Part shown: one piece after another, positions 51,501 to 63,500 of the stretch
How the letters are laid out: every line of letters begins with the position of its first letter
Position numbering within the stretch: position 1 is the first letter of the stretch
Origin: Catajapyx aquilonaris
Taxonomy: Eukaryota
Length of the DNA: 64,000 nt
Direction: 5' to 3'
NCBI GenBank assembly: GCA_000934665.2
Contig: KZ538098.1
Span: 1-64,000 of the forward strand
Notes under the pieces: generated by a model
What the model was told of the DNA's origin: nothing
Seen by the model: the letters and a program-made list of their open reading frames with translations, nothing else
Database searches by the model: none
Program-made: the position numbers and the translations under genes

Positions 51501-53449
51501 AACAGTCGCCATCTTGGCCAGAGATGTCGGCTGCAAATTTTTTTTTCTGACTCTCAACCAAGGAGACACGGGATTTGAACCCGCATCACCCGATTGCGAG
51601 TCTGATGCGTTACCACACAGCCACGCTATGCTGCAACGAGAGTGTGAGTGTTGGAAGGGTCTAGCCTATTTACCAGATGCCCTTCAAAGAGAAATAAATG
51701 TGAAATGAAAGATAAAGTAACAGCGAGAAAGGTCCATATAGCGATTTAAAAAAACGACGTCTTTCTTTTTTTAGGAATTTTATCCTTCAACCTTCAGGTT
51801 ACGAAGAGAGAGTCTTAACCACTAGACCACTGCGCTACTTCGATACTGATACTCTCTCCAGCATGTACTTATTGTAAAGAAAGGGCGCCACAAAATTCAA
51901 CAATCACCATAAAATATTTGATTTAGGTTACATTTTTTAGCCTTATTAATGTGCTAATAAGTAAAAGAATGTGATAATTATTTGTGTTTCAGTTATATAA
52001 AGTAAAAAAGGAATATTCATTATACAGTATGTTATCAGAAACCATTATTTTCGCGGCTTTTCCAGTTTTCCCCGCCACTTCTTCCACCCTTTTCTCCCAT
52101 TACTCTCACAGTCTGATATCTTATCTCCAACTAAACCTGCGTTACTGAGCTAGTCAGGGTGTGACCCGAGGTCATGGGTCACACAATGTATTGTACTGTA
52201 TAAAGCATATATACGATATACCTACCAGCTGTGTCCTTCTTACTGAAGATTTGGAAATGGCCACCCCATACCTGCTACAGAAGGCCTAAAAAGGGACATG
52301 TCCACTAAAAGAAAATAATACATTCCCAGCACACATGAAGAGCATAGACTCTCACACTCGTCAAAAACAAACAAAAAAATGATAAGAAACTGCGTATGTT
52401 CCCAAATTATTCTGTCTGCAGTACGCCACCCCCATCATCACAGGATGTTACTCTCGAACTGATAATACTTCAAGGGGTACTCTCTCAGAAGCAACGTGTA
52501 TCCGTGGTACATACACAGCGTTGAATTTTTTTTTTTAAATGCACATTATGTACTGCATTATGTACATTAGTTAGTACAATGCAGTACACAATTTTCTGTG
52601 TATACCATGCATACACATTGTTTTTAGAGCGCTTAAAACTTGTCATAGATAAAATCCTGCTCTATTGAAAAAATACTTGTGGATCGCTGCGAGAGCCAAT
52701 AATAAATTGATATGAAGAAATTAATATGAAGAAAAGATAACTAACTCTGCTCGAGTATATGTGCAGGAAGCGCTCACCTACAATCCTGTAGTGTTGACGA
52801 GTACAAAATGAAGGATTAAAAATTGTCAAAAAAATTTATCTAAAAATATGAACGTGGATCAGTTAAAAGAAAACATAATAACTTAATAATGCCGACTGCT
52901 CGAAACATTTATTATGCACATTTAATTGGAGGTTTCTGGTTACAATTAAGCATTGCGAATGGTTCAACGAGATTGATAGTACCTGATGCAGTTGTGAACT
53001 AGGTTGTCTGAAAATCCGGTAGGACGCACATTATCTAGATTCAATTTTTTTGCCATTATTAGCTCCATATTAGCCACTAGACCAATGCAACACATGACAA
53101 ATATCTACTGCATATGCGGGTAATTAGCTAGTACTGTAATACAGGCCAATGTTTAACTCGAACGAATACTTGAGTAACGGATTTTAATGTTTAGATGCAA
53201 TGACATGCTATAAAATTGAAGCCTTTTTGATTCTAAATTTCCTTAATAATATACTGTACTTGCCTCCCTGAAGACCTGGCAAATTACTCGTAATTGCCCT
53301 GGAATTTCAACGAGGAAGAATTTATTGAGGGATAATTAAGGTTCTTTATTAGCAAGCTCGTTTTTGTTTTTTCCGATCCACAGATATGGGCACAACACGC
53401 ATTATATGAAAAAAGTTAGTCTGTTTAATCGCACATACGTATAGATGTA
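48508..53449. mobile_element. ~4.9 kb nested foldback element: outer arms 48508-48942 / 53023-53449, inner arms ~49388-50650 / ~50953-52207
   Basis: Both arm pairs are near-perfect reverse complements (the ORF track shows mirror ORFs 50033+ and 51330-). TA at both outer ends. No transposase ORF. Confidence 0.9.
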
Positions 53450-54400
53450 CACCCATGTCAGAAATTATTGCATCACCTGTATATTTTGTACATTTTTCAT
53501 TGTAACTTTTGAATTTACTACTCAAATTTTCTGAAAAAAATTATGATGATTCCTTGCACATAATGAGTAATTACAATACAATTAAAAATATTTCTCACAT
53601 TGTTATATTTATAAAAATTAACTATAATTAAAGACTATTGCAGAAACAATCACCGCTGACATTGATGTGTGCTTAGATATTTAAACTATATTTATTAAAT
53701 AACTACTCTCTTTTGTGCTTTTAGGTAGAATATATTTGTGGCAACAATGTCTTGCTAACTAATATTTGGTATTGCCACCTCTTGCACGAATCACTGCAAG
53801 GCAACGTCGTGGCATGGAAGAAATAAGCTTATCCACCAAAAGATTGCCCACTTCATGAAACCAGACACGGACAATCCTCTCCTTCAACTGCAAAAGGTTC
53901 TTCGCTGGCTTCTTCATAACATACTTCCCCAAGTTGACTCCACACATTTTCTATGGGATTCAAATCCGGGCTGTTTCCAGGCCACGGCAAGGTCTGGATC
54001 CTTTTCCGTGCAAGGAAATCCTTCACCTGAACCCAAAGAGCATGACCTACAAATCTGTTTTGTTATGTTCAGAATGAAATTACGGTTGAATTTGAGCAAT
54101 AACACACCCTCTTTGCACGATGACATGAGGCAGAATCATCTTGGAAGATTGCGTCCCGAACTCCCACAAAGTGATCCTTCATTGTGGGGATCATTTTCTT
54201 CTCCAGCATCTCCAAATACTGGACATGATTCATCATGCCGGTGCACAAAATAATGTAGCCGGCCAACCCCTCTTCCAGTTATACACCCCCAAATCATGAC
54301 TGACTGCGAGTGCTTCACAGTCAGGGCCATTACAGTCAGGGCCGTTACAAGCGAAAGTGTGCAAAATGTACAGGTGATGCAATAATTTCTGACAGGGGTG
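53450..54400 (-). mobile_element. Internally deleted Tc1-family (DD34E) transposon
   Basis: 32 bp TIRs CACCC[A/C]TGTCAGAAATTATTGCATCACCTGTA. Remnants 'TVKH..SVMIWGC', 'FQDDSASCH', 'WPGNSPDLNPIENVW', 'SMPRRCLAVIRARGGNTKY', with frameshifts. Confidence 0.9.
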
Positions 54401-54610
54401 GGTATGTTCAAAATCTCACAGTTCACACTGCTACAGGATTGGAGCTGTGATATTTTTACCTCGTATTTTTTCTGTCATTAATTCATTAGTTCATAATGCC
54501 ATCACCTATAGAGACGTCAATTCCTGTTTACCAACTAGCCATATTGTTATTAGCGAAATGTTATACCCTGCCGCTGCTGTAAGGTGAACGCATTGTACTT
54601 ATTACAGATT

Positions 54611-55047
54611 TACAGTTGAATCCGGATATAACAGCCTCGGCTATAACATACTTGGTTATAAAGGCTGTCCCGGCATGCTTCCATAAGGCACTGTGTATTT
54701 TACTCCTGATATAACAGACTCATTTTCATCTCACCTCGGGTATAACAGACAATTTCTTCGACCCTCGGTGGGAAAATACAGTATTGTTTTCCAGGTATAA
54801 AATTTGCAAAAAGGAGACGGCAGAAGGAAATTTCGCCTATTTTGGTCCTGCGTAATTTTCGGGTGAGCCAATATTGCATTTGTGACAGATTTCATTAATC
54901 GGTGTGTAGTCTAATAGTGCATAGTACAGCCATATTGAAAGCAGAAATTTGTGTTTTCGTTGCGTGACGATTCGGCTATAACAGGCCCGGTTATAACATA
55001 CTTTTTCCGCAGTCTCTTGAAGTTTGTTTTATCCGGATTCAACTGTA
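54611..55047. mobile_element. MITE of pogo/Tigger type
   Basis: Ends TACAGTTGAATCCGGATA ... TATCCGGATTCAACTGTA, with TA flanks and internal TATAAC repeats. Confidence 0.8.
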
Positions 55048-55242
55048 CTATTAAGCCAGACTAATTAAATCAGACTAACCGTTGGCTGGTAGCACTGGAC
55101 TTTCGTTTTTTTTACGACTATCTCTGTGAAAATAATATTTTAGGGACTTCTAAGCGACGAAAATCGTCTCCAATGCATTCATAGTGCAGACTGTATAGTG
55201 TAGAGCATAAGTTATGTGTAGCCTACTTGTCAAAAAAAACTG

Positions 55243-56016
55243 AAATTAGATCAAAAACTTTCCCTTCAGTAAAAAAAGAGAAGTAAGACCTCCGCGGCGG
55301 AATGAAGGTACTGAAACAAGGCAGGCGCACGTAGGAGTGACCTTCACCAATTGATTTAAGCTGTACCATAGGTCTTACTCAAGCAATTCTCAAGTACGGT
55401 ATGGAACGGCTCGTAAAATGACTGCTGCAAACTACTCAGAGCAGTATAGGTAGGATTTTATTATGAAAAGAAAAAAATTGGGGAAAAACTACACCCATTC
55501 AAACAGACTCGGTCCAATCGAAAAAGACCCTCTAAAATTCCCCAATTTATTGACGTTTATATGTGAAAAATTAAACGTTAGAGTTAAAATCAGCATGTTT
55601 CATGGCAATAATTCGCACTAATCGCATAGAAATTCAATGTGCTTAATATTGAAGTTCCTAATTTCATAAAACACTGTTATGGAGTGGCTCATGGAAAATT
55701 AATGGGTGGAATTTTCGTCGTACTACTATTACTATTAACTATAGGTCTGTAGTTACTGCTAACTTAGCAGTACAATTGCAGTACACTGGTACTGCTGTTA
55801 GAAGTAATTAGTAGTAGGACGAAAATTCCACAAATTTGTTTCAGAAAGGAGACTTCCTGAGCAGTGAATTGGGAATTGCTTGAGTAAGACCTTTGGTACA
55901 GCTTAAATCAATTGGTGAAGGTCTTACGTGCACCTGCCTTGTTTCAGTACTTTTATTCCGCCGCGGAGGTCTTAGTTCTCTTTTTTTTACTGAAGGGAAA
56001 GTTTTTGATCTAATTT
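55243..56016. mobile_element. Element with ~150 bp inverted arms (55243-55389 / 55873-56016), containing a mini-MITE copy
   Basis: The arms are near-perfect reverse complements (AAATTAGATCAAAAACTTTCCCTTCAG...CTCAAGCAATTC). Confidence 0.75.
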
Positions 56017-56857
56017 TATTTTTTATCGTACATCTAACCTCTCTAAATAAATAGGAAATAATAGAGAGTGACTTCTGTTACTGCAACCTGCGGACTCAAG
56101 TGATGAAACAGCGTCTTTCTCCGGAAAGTACTCTTCGACGACTATAAGAGTGAACCTTAACTGTACAAAACACTACAAGTACAATAAGAAGTAGCCTACA
56201 ACAGATTTTTAAACGGAAATATATTGCACTTGAAATGAGTGTTGAGCGGCAACATGTCTCCTGATTATCCTAATAACTGCACGGGTGTCGCCGGATAAGC
56301 GGAAAACACGAATAATCGGAAAATACCGAGGCCGTAAAAAGGAGCTATTCACACTTTGGGAAGCCATGTATCTACGGAATAGAACAGTGTTCATGAAGCC
56401 CCAAACCTCGTTGCTTTTTATCCTGTTGGATCTACTTGTGCAGTTACATAATACACCGCAGATCACTATCTTGCCTGGGAAGAAAACATTTCGAAATGAT
56501 TATACCCTATTACCTTTATGATTTATTACACCATGTGTGGCATCACGTTATTTGTCGTACATTTCGACACAGCGCAAAAACAAGAACAACAATTTGCACA
56601 TAACGTTAATAGGCTATTGCTGGCCTTGAGCTCACGAATTGCTCCTGCATTATTCATGCTCAGTGTAAGTTGACTGACAAAAGGCGCCAATCGTACCGTA
56701 CTTCAATATTAATGTCGTTACAATCCGCATAAAGTGCTATCTCAAGGCAAGGCACGCAAATTAGTTGTTCAAGAAGCTACCAAATATAGTTGAAAATATG
56801 GGTAATATAATATTCCATTTCATAGGCTACTATTTCTGCTACCATTGACTGGAAGAA

Positions 56858-57964
56858 CTACATGGGAAGTGATTCGCAGTCAGAGTCCGTAATGGGAGTG
56901 TAGAGTAGGTCGTGTTCAACGCAGTGTCTCTTCAGGAGTCTAAACGCGACTCCGGTCACGAAGTTCAGCAAAGTCACCAGAAGTCTGACCCGACACAGCA
57001 CCTGGGTCACAAACTTGATGACCGCAAAGTGAGTCTTGGCCGCCCAGGACACTTGTCCTTGCAGTTTCCTCTCAACCCCTGAAAATCCGAACGACCAGAA
57101 GGAGAACATGGCAATCGCTTCGAAGTTGACGGCCGTGCGCAGTACCAGCGATGCCTCACCAAGGCTGCTCAACATCATCCTCCAGTGGTACTCGTGTTCC
57201 GTGGAAAAGCTGCTAATCTCGGGTATGACCAACTTGTCACGTACCTCCATGTACAGGCTCCTGACGTCGGACAAGGTGCCGGACAGTGGGTTATACCTGT
57301 CCTGTACACCCATGTGGTAGAACAGCACTCTCCAGACGTACACGTAGTCTGCAAGGTCTTGCTCCGATGCACCGTGTATGCCAACTCTCTCCGGATACAA
57401 CACCACAGGAATTATTGCTGTGATTGCACCCATCGCCAGGTCCAGCTGGCTCATGTGCACTTCGCCATGCTTGGACTGTACAGCAGGACATGCCGATGCG
57501 ATGTGCCCTGCCAGCCTGCACATACCCGCAATCTCAGGCAACTTGGTGTCGTTCTTGGCTGCGTCGACCTCTGACCTATTCCGATTTGCGATGCGACCCA
57601 CTTCATGATGCTTGACCTGTAGGTGCTTCATACTTCGGTACGCGTCGTCATTCGGGTCCCACATGTCGCCCAGCAGCAGCGTTGTTATGTGCACCGCCGC
57701 GCTGAATACGAATCGTCTAAGTGTGGTCAAGGTTTCGTTCCTTCTGATGTACATCAGCACTTGAAAGGGGGGCTGCCACAGGAACACGTTTCCGGTGGGT
57801 AATATTGCTCCCAAAAGCATACCAAAGAAATGTCTCCGTACGAAGTCCTGGCCCCTCCTGTACCGGTCCTTGTTCAACCAGACAGGAGGCTGGTCCACCG
57901 AGTTGATGGTGTCGTACGGTACCGAACCCCCTTCCAACAGACGCTCAAAACTTGGTCCTACCAT
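56858..57964 (-). CDS. MpaB/DUF2236-like oxygenase copy 6, recent duplicate of copy 5
   Basis: Intact ORF, collinear and highly similar to 41507-42613. Start set at MVGPSF. Confidence 0.75.
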   Translation of the reverse strand: MVGPSFERLLEGGSVPYDTINSVDQPPVWLNKDRYRRGQDFVRRHFFGMLLGAILPTGNVFLWQPPFQVLMYIRRNETLTTLRRFVFSAAVHITTLLLGDMWDPNDDAYRSMKHLQVKHHEVGRIANRNRSEVDAAKNDTKLPEIAGMCRLAGHIASACPAVQSKHGEVHMSQLDLAMGAITAIIPVVLYPERVGIHGASEQDLADYVYVWRVLFYHMGVQDRYNPLSGTLSDVRSLYMEVRDKLVIPEISSFSTEHEYHWRMMLSSLGEASLVLRTAVNFEAIAMFSFWSFGFSGVERKLQGQVSWAAKTHFAVIKFVTQVLCRVRLLVTLLNFVTGVAFRLLKRHCVEHDLLYTPITDSDCESLPM

Positions 57965-58460
57965 TGTTGTCTCCGACGTTGTTCTGCCCCAGATGATGCA
58001 TAATCGTACGCGACTATTGCGCACGGGTTCACACGCTATGTACGGTGGTACATAGCGTGTGAACCCGTGCGCAATAGTCAGCTTGATAGCGTGGAATATA
58101 TACATTAGCCTACTCGCGAGAATGCACTCCATCAAGCAAGTGAGAACACTATTTCTCAACAGGTATACATAACATTATTTTTAAAATACTCAAGGGGTAT
58201 AGAATCAAAAGGCATCAAGTAACATTTTGCATGTTTCGAGATAAATGAGGAAAACTTGCGCCACTAGTCTTTTTCTCATGATCTAATACATATTTCTCGA
58301 CGTGTATGTCTTTCCTGTTATTCGCTAAGCAAATCCATACGGAGACCCCGACATATGCCCCAGGGGTATCACTAGGGGTAGTTTTTTTTACCGGGAAGGT
58401 TTTAAGCACATTGGAATTGACCTCCGAGGTCATCCTTGGCCACAGGCTTCAATTTTTCAT

Positions 58461-58696
58461 TAAGGTGAAGTGGGGTAAGTGCATAAACTGGCCGCCATAT
58501 TAGAATGAAAATGGCTGACATGCTCACCTCTTGTGGGGATGTGATGGGCAGCTACACAAAAGAGTGCCTGACGTGTTTTGGTGTCGTCAGCCATTTTCAT
58601 TCCAATATGGCGGCCCCGTGTATGCAATTGCCCCATGTATGCACTTGCCCCGTGTATGCACTTGCCCCATGTATGCACTTACCCCACTTCACATTA
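58461..58696. mobile_element. MITE with internal 17 bp tandem repeats
   Basis: TIRs TAAGGTGAAGTGGGGTAAGTGCATA / TATGCACTTACCCCACTTCACATTA, and four copies of GCCCCRTGTATGCAMTT. Confidence 0.75.
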
Positions 58697-58895
58697 CATA
58701 CTTTTGCTGGATTTTTAAGGCGTATTGTGTATTTTCTTACCATCTGACATACTTAGTGTGTTGTTTGGACTTCATGCACATACAATATGCTCCATGTTAC
58801 AGGTATGCCAACATTGTATAGCAATAATTATTTCAAAGGTTACTACCAAATCAATGACTTACACTGCTTACACCTACATGGAAAAGTATTTCATA

Positions 58896-58924
58896 ACCCG
58901 AGCAACGCCGGGTATCCTGCTAGT
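58896..58924 (+). mobile_element. Helitron-like 3' terminus
   Basis: ACCCG-AGCAACGC-CGGGT hairpin followed by CTAG|T. The 5' end was not identified. Confidence 0.45.
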
Positions 58925-60589
58925 GCACAATAAGGTTGGGGTGCAAAAGGATTTTATGAAGTGTTGTGCTGCACGAAGCTTAAACATGGTCACATGCTCC
59001 ACTTATGCAATCGACAGATGTTGCTGCCAAATCTGATTAATGCGACATGTGCGTCGATTACAGTCATTGGCTGCAATGTTACCATATATTCCCACCAAAA
59101 ATAGAACATTGGTAAAAGCTGAAGCTTGAACTTGAACGAGCCCAGACTACCACCTTGCAACGGGTAAAAGATCACCTAATTATCTCCTTCGATTGAAAAC
59201 ATGCCGGCCTCCATCAAAAAATCAAAATTATGCCCCAATGATGGAGTTTATCTAGTTGCTTGATCCAGTTATAACTGGATCACCATTGAATTACATCAAA
59301 AGGCGCTGTGTATTTTTACTCCTGACATGAGACTCATTTTCATGTCACGTCAGCTTTAACAGACCATTTATTGGCCCCTCGGCAGTAGAAAAATAGGCTG
59401 CTTTTGATTACTCAGCTTCCTTTCCCACTGCCAGGAAGGTGCTGGAGCGGAGGTGATTTTCGCATCTGTCACTGATTTAATAAGCTTCCAACTAGCAAGT
59501 TTTTCACTGCAAGGTTGAGGCACACAAAATGTCATCTGTTCAGAAAATTACGCATTTTTTCGTCCCGTATCATTTTTGTGGATATAGTTTCATGAATCAG
59601 TGGTGTGCTTTATTATACAAGAGACAGAGATATTTTAGGAAGTTTGTTTGTTCGCTACAGAAATCCAAAGGATACTCTATCTTTGCTCCTCTTCTGCTGT
59701 GCTGCGTCCACTGGTCCAATCCTGCACAAATCAAGCGGTAATTCTCAATAACACATTCTCCTTCAACATGTATAAATTTTAATGTACATTACCTAGAAGT
59801 TACAGTAGCAATTAGATATGCTTCTTGGCTCCTTTTTTTTCTTCCTTTTTTTCATGACAATGATATCAAAAGTAAAATTACATAACCCTAGTTGGTTGGG
59901 TCGTTGGAGAGAAAAAGTCGTGCGACTTTTCCTCGTACTGTTGTGCACTGGGTTGGAGGGACGTAGGGGGAAGGAAGAAGGGAGGAGGGACTGGTGGTTA
60001 TCGCTCTGTACTAGTACACATTTATTTTACTTCAAGGGTGACAGGGTGATATGGAGTTTTTTTTTTTTTTAACGGAGTTGGGCAGGAAATAACTTTTTCT
60101 CCTACTTACACAAGTCCCTCGTGACGGCTCAAAACAGGATTTCACTAGGAATGCATAGTTTTTTTTTTCTTCTTACGTATTTATAACGGGAATACAGGAG
60201 AAGGAAGCCACCGTTCTTAAAAGATTAAGGGACACCAAAAAAAAAAGTAGAGTGGGATTTATTTTTTGAAGGGGGGTTGGGGTGTTGAGGGATCAACTCT
60301 CTACCTGAGGAAAGTACAGTTACATGTAAGTAGCACATACCTACATTCTTAAAAAATCCCCATAATTGATTCAAACTTTGCCTCTTCTGGAAATAAAAAC
60401 CGATAAAAAGAAAAAAAAAACTTCACTGTTATACAGATCACATCATGCTTGATATGACTTAAATTTCCCTTCCGCCCTTTTCTTCAGATCCGGGTTTCAT
60501 AGAAAATGGAAACTGTACAAATTCGTGTCTCTATGATATGATGATCCTTCCTTGCAACTTCGTATGCACCACTATTACGGAAGCCACTC

Positions 60590-63500
60590 TCAGCGCTTCT
60601 TCAGGACAAAGTCGGACGGTGACTCGACGTCTTCCTCGGTCTGGCTCCGGTCTTCGTCTGCTATGGCATTGACCAGCTCACCCACCGCCTTGCCGAGGTC
60701 ACCTTTGCAAGAAAGAGAGATGTGTCAATACCACCGGCAGCTAATAACTAATCAAAAATCCATGCTGCAATTTATCTACTTTATTATGTTTCAATAGAAG
60801 AAAAGCTGCAAACATCTGCACATATAAAACTACTATACTACTTTGCATTTAAAATGCAATTGACATAGTGCAGTGTTCACAAATTGTGTCACATAAACCT
60901 ACATGCAATCAGCAGTTCATTTAAGCTTAGAATGAATGCAGACCATTATGAATTGCATGTACAGCATTACACTCGGCAACGTCGTTCATGATGTTCATAA
61001 CAGTGTGCATTCATTCTCTGCTGAAAGTGACTGCAGATCCGATGAAAACTATGCATGCAATATCTAAGAGGAAAGCGTAGGTATAAAGTGATGTTTAGTT
61101 ACCGTAGTGAATCCCATTGAGTTCTAGACAAGTAGTGCGCATGTGTTAGTGCCACAGGTTATATTACACAACATCATAACACTTAGTAACTGCAATCTAC
61201 TGAAGGGATCAGCTGGATTATACATTGCAAATTATTTTGACCATGTTATTGCTCAGTTTTAGCAACTATCCAGCCGATCCCATCTGCAGGTTCAGATATC
61301 GACTAACCTGCTCTATGCAGTAGATTCCCGACATTTTGAGCACCACCTCCTCTGGAATGAGGTGCCGGAGCAGGAGGTGGGGGCCTCATCTCCATCCTCC
61401 CTCCCATCCCTCCGCCACCGCCCATTCCGCCTCTCCCTACGTCGTCCCACCACCCTCCCATCCCGTCCAGGTAATGACCATTGACCTTCGCTGGGGAGTC
61501 CGTCGCCAATTCGGACGCCGTCACACTCTTGGTCTGCAGTGTTCCTGACTTCGATGGGCTACCCCCACCCATAATGCCTCCCATTCCTCCCATTCCGCCC
61601 ATTCCTCCTCCGCCGCCCACGACACCACCGTCGTCCAGCAGCTGCCTCAGGCGCTGCAGCTGGGCTTCAAGCTGCCTGTTGTGATCCTCCAGAATCTGCA
61701 TGCGAGCCTCCAGGCGTCCCTTGTGCTGACGCAACAGTCGGGCCTCCGCCAGCATGTCCGAATCTGGGGTCGACTGGGGAGTTCCGTTGGTCTCGTCAGG
61801 CGTGTTCAGAAGGAGGGTCTGTCGTTGTCGGAGTCGTTCGTACTCTGCCTGTAACGAGGCATTTTCTTCCTCCAGGGCACGTATCATGGATTCGAGCTCC
61901 TCTCGCTGCTCAGCATCTATGGCCGCCATTATCTGGACAGGGCTGCGGGGGATCGGAGTCCCAAGCTCGCCACCATTCAGAGAGTGGCAGTATTGCGCTA
62001 TCAAGTTGTGCTCGTCCTCACTGCAAGATGGAAAAAAATAATGCGGTTCATTTACCTGTGAATGCTTCCGATTAAAAAGATTTGCCCGACAACAAATCCA
62101 TCGTCATTAATAAAATGAAACTCACCATAATGGATAAGAACATTGCACATTATCGAATTGTTGTGTGATCCTAGCAATTTTTCAATAGTCGCGGAAAACT
62201 TTTGTGGAACGGAGCAACTTCGTTACAGGCAAGTTTCACTGTACTAATAACGAGAGGTCGTCAGACTTTCAAGGCCAGAACACACATCACCTGCAATTCC
62301 AGGCCTGTCTTGAACATTCTTCTACGAAACATTGCACTAATCTATTAGGATGTAATATCGGGTCTAACTATACATGGCAATTCTACGTCTATTGATGATG
62401 AGAGTTTCCCATCTTTTCGCTAAGAATCAGCGTGAATTAAGAACATCCCATCATCCTATTCAGGGGGGGGCCTACTAATTTGTAAAACACCTTCGATACG
62501 TACCCAATGCAAACCCAATTGGGGGGCTTGGAGGGCCTGTTGTTTGCCAGCGGGAGAATGGAAGCGGTTGTAACAGTGTGTCAACACAAATATCATCGAC
62601 TTTTAGAAATGTGCCATCAACATCAACTTTACGTTTAGCAGTGTGTAAAGGATAGGCCTGTAATTACAGCTGCTACCAAAATATCGTTAAAGTAGCATCG
62701 CCACATTTGGAAAAAGCACGAGAGAATTAAACGCACCATTTACAAGGTCTTTTCGTAAGGCTGTGATGACTTGCCATTAAACAATTACAGTATGTTACAG
62801 CGTGTAAACGGAGACACTCACGAGTCGGGTGTGGAGTTGGACCTCGCCCTCAGCTCAACTTCGGCCAGCCTTGAAGCGTACAACTCCAGGCGCGTGTGCA
62901 TGTCTTGTGCAATGCTGCCGTGCTGTGGGGATGGAGCAGGACTCTCCAGAGCATCGCCTTCAAGCACCGTCTGCACTGGGAGGTACCCAATGCGGGGATG
63001 CTTCTTGAAGTAGCGCTTGGACTTGAAGCGGTTTCGGAGGGCACGAGTGAAATCACGTACGTCCTCACCTGATGTCGTCTGGTTGTTTATAAAAGATGAG
63101 ATGCAACAGTTTAATCCAACAAATAAAGTAATCCCCTCATGTCCCATTTTTGAAAATCCATTCACTTACGGCAGTGCAATATTCCTGCATGGGATGTGTC
63201 AGCTTGTGGTTCTTTGCCTTCCGCCCAGAGAAGAAGCAGTTCTGGCACATGTCAAAGTTGAAGCACTTCAAGCACCGGTACCTGCACAACACAAACACAA
63301 GTGATGTATTCCCGAAGTAAAGCTATTTGTTTCCTTCCCACCGAGGCTGGACTGACCTGAACCCAACAATGGGATATTCTTTGCAGATGTTGCACTTTGC
63401 CTGGTGCTTGGCAGTCTCCGCAGCAGCCAGCCTGTGCAACACTGGAAGCCACACCATGCTCTGCGGCTCCTGCTGCATCCAAGAGAGGAAGTGGACGGCC

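Noticed and set aside
49719..51708. Mirror-image ORFs of 61-81 aa
   Set aside because: By-products of the inverted repeat, with no recognisable protein motifs.
56858..58159. N-terminal extensions of oxygenase ORFs shown in the ORF track (also the 18881 and 42667 starts)
   Set aside because: They begin at non-ATG codons and are not shared across the family; the shared Met was used instead.
58613..58685. Short direct repeats as a possible CRISPR array
   Set aside because: Contiguous 17 bp tandem units with no spacers, inside a MITE, in a eukaryotic genome.
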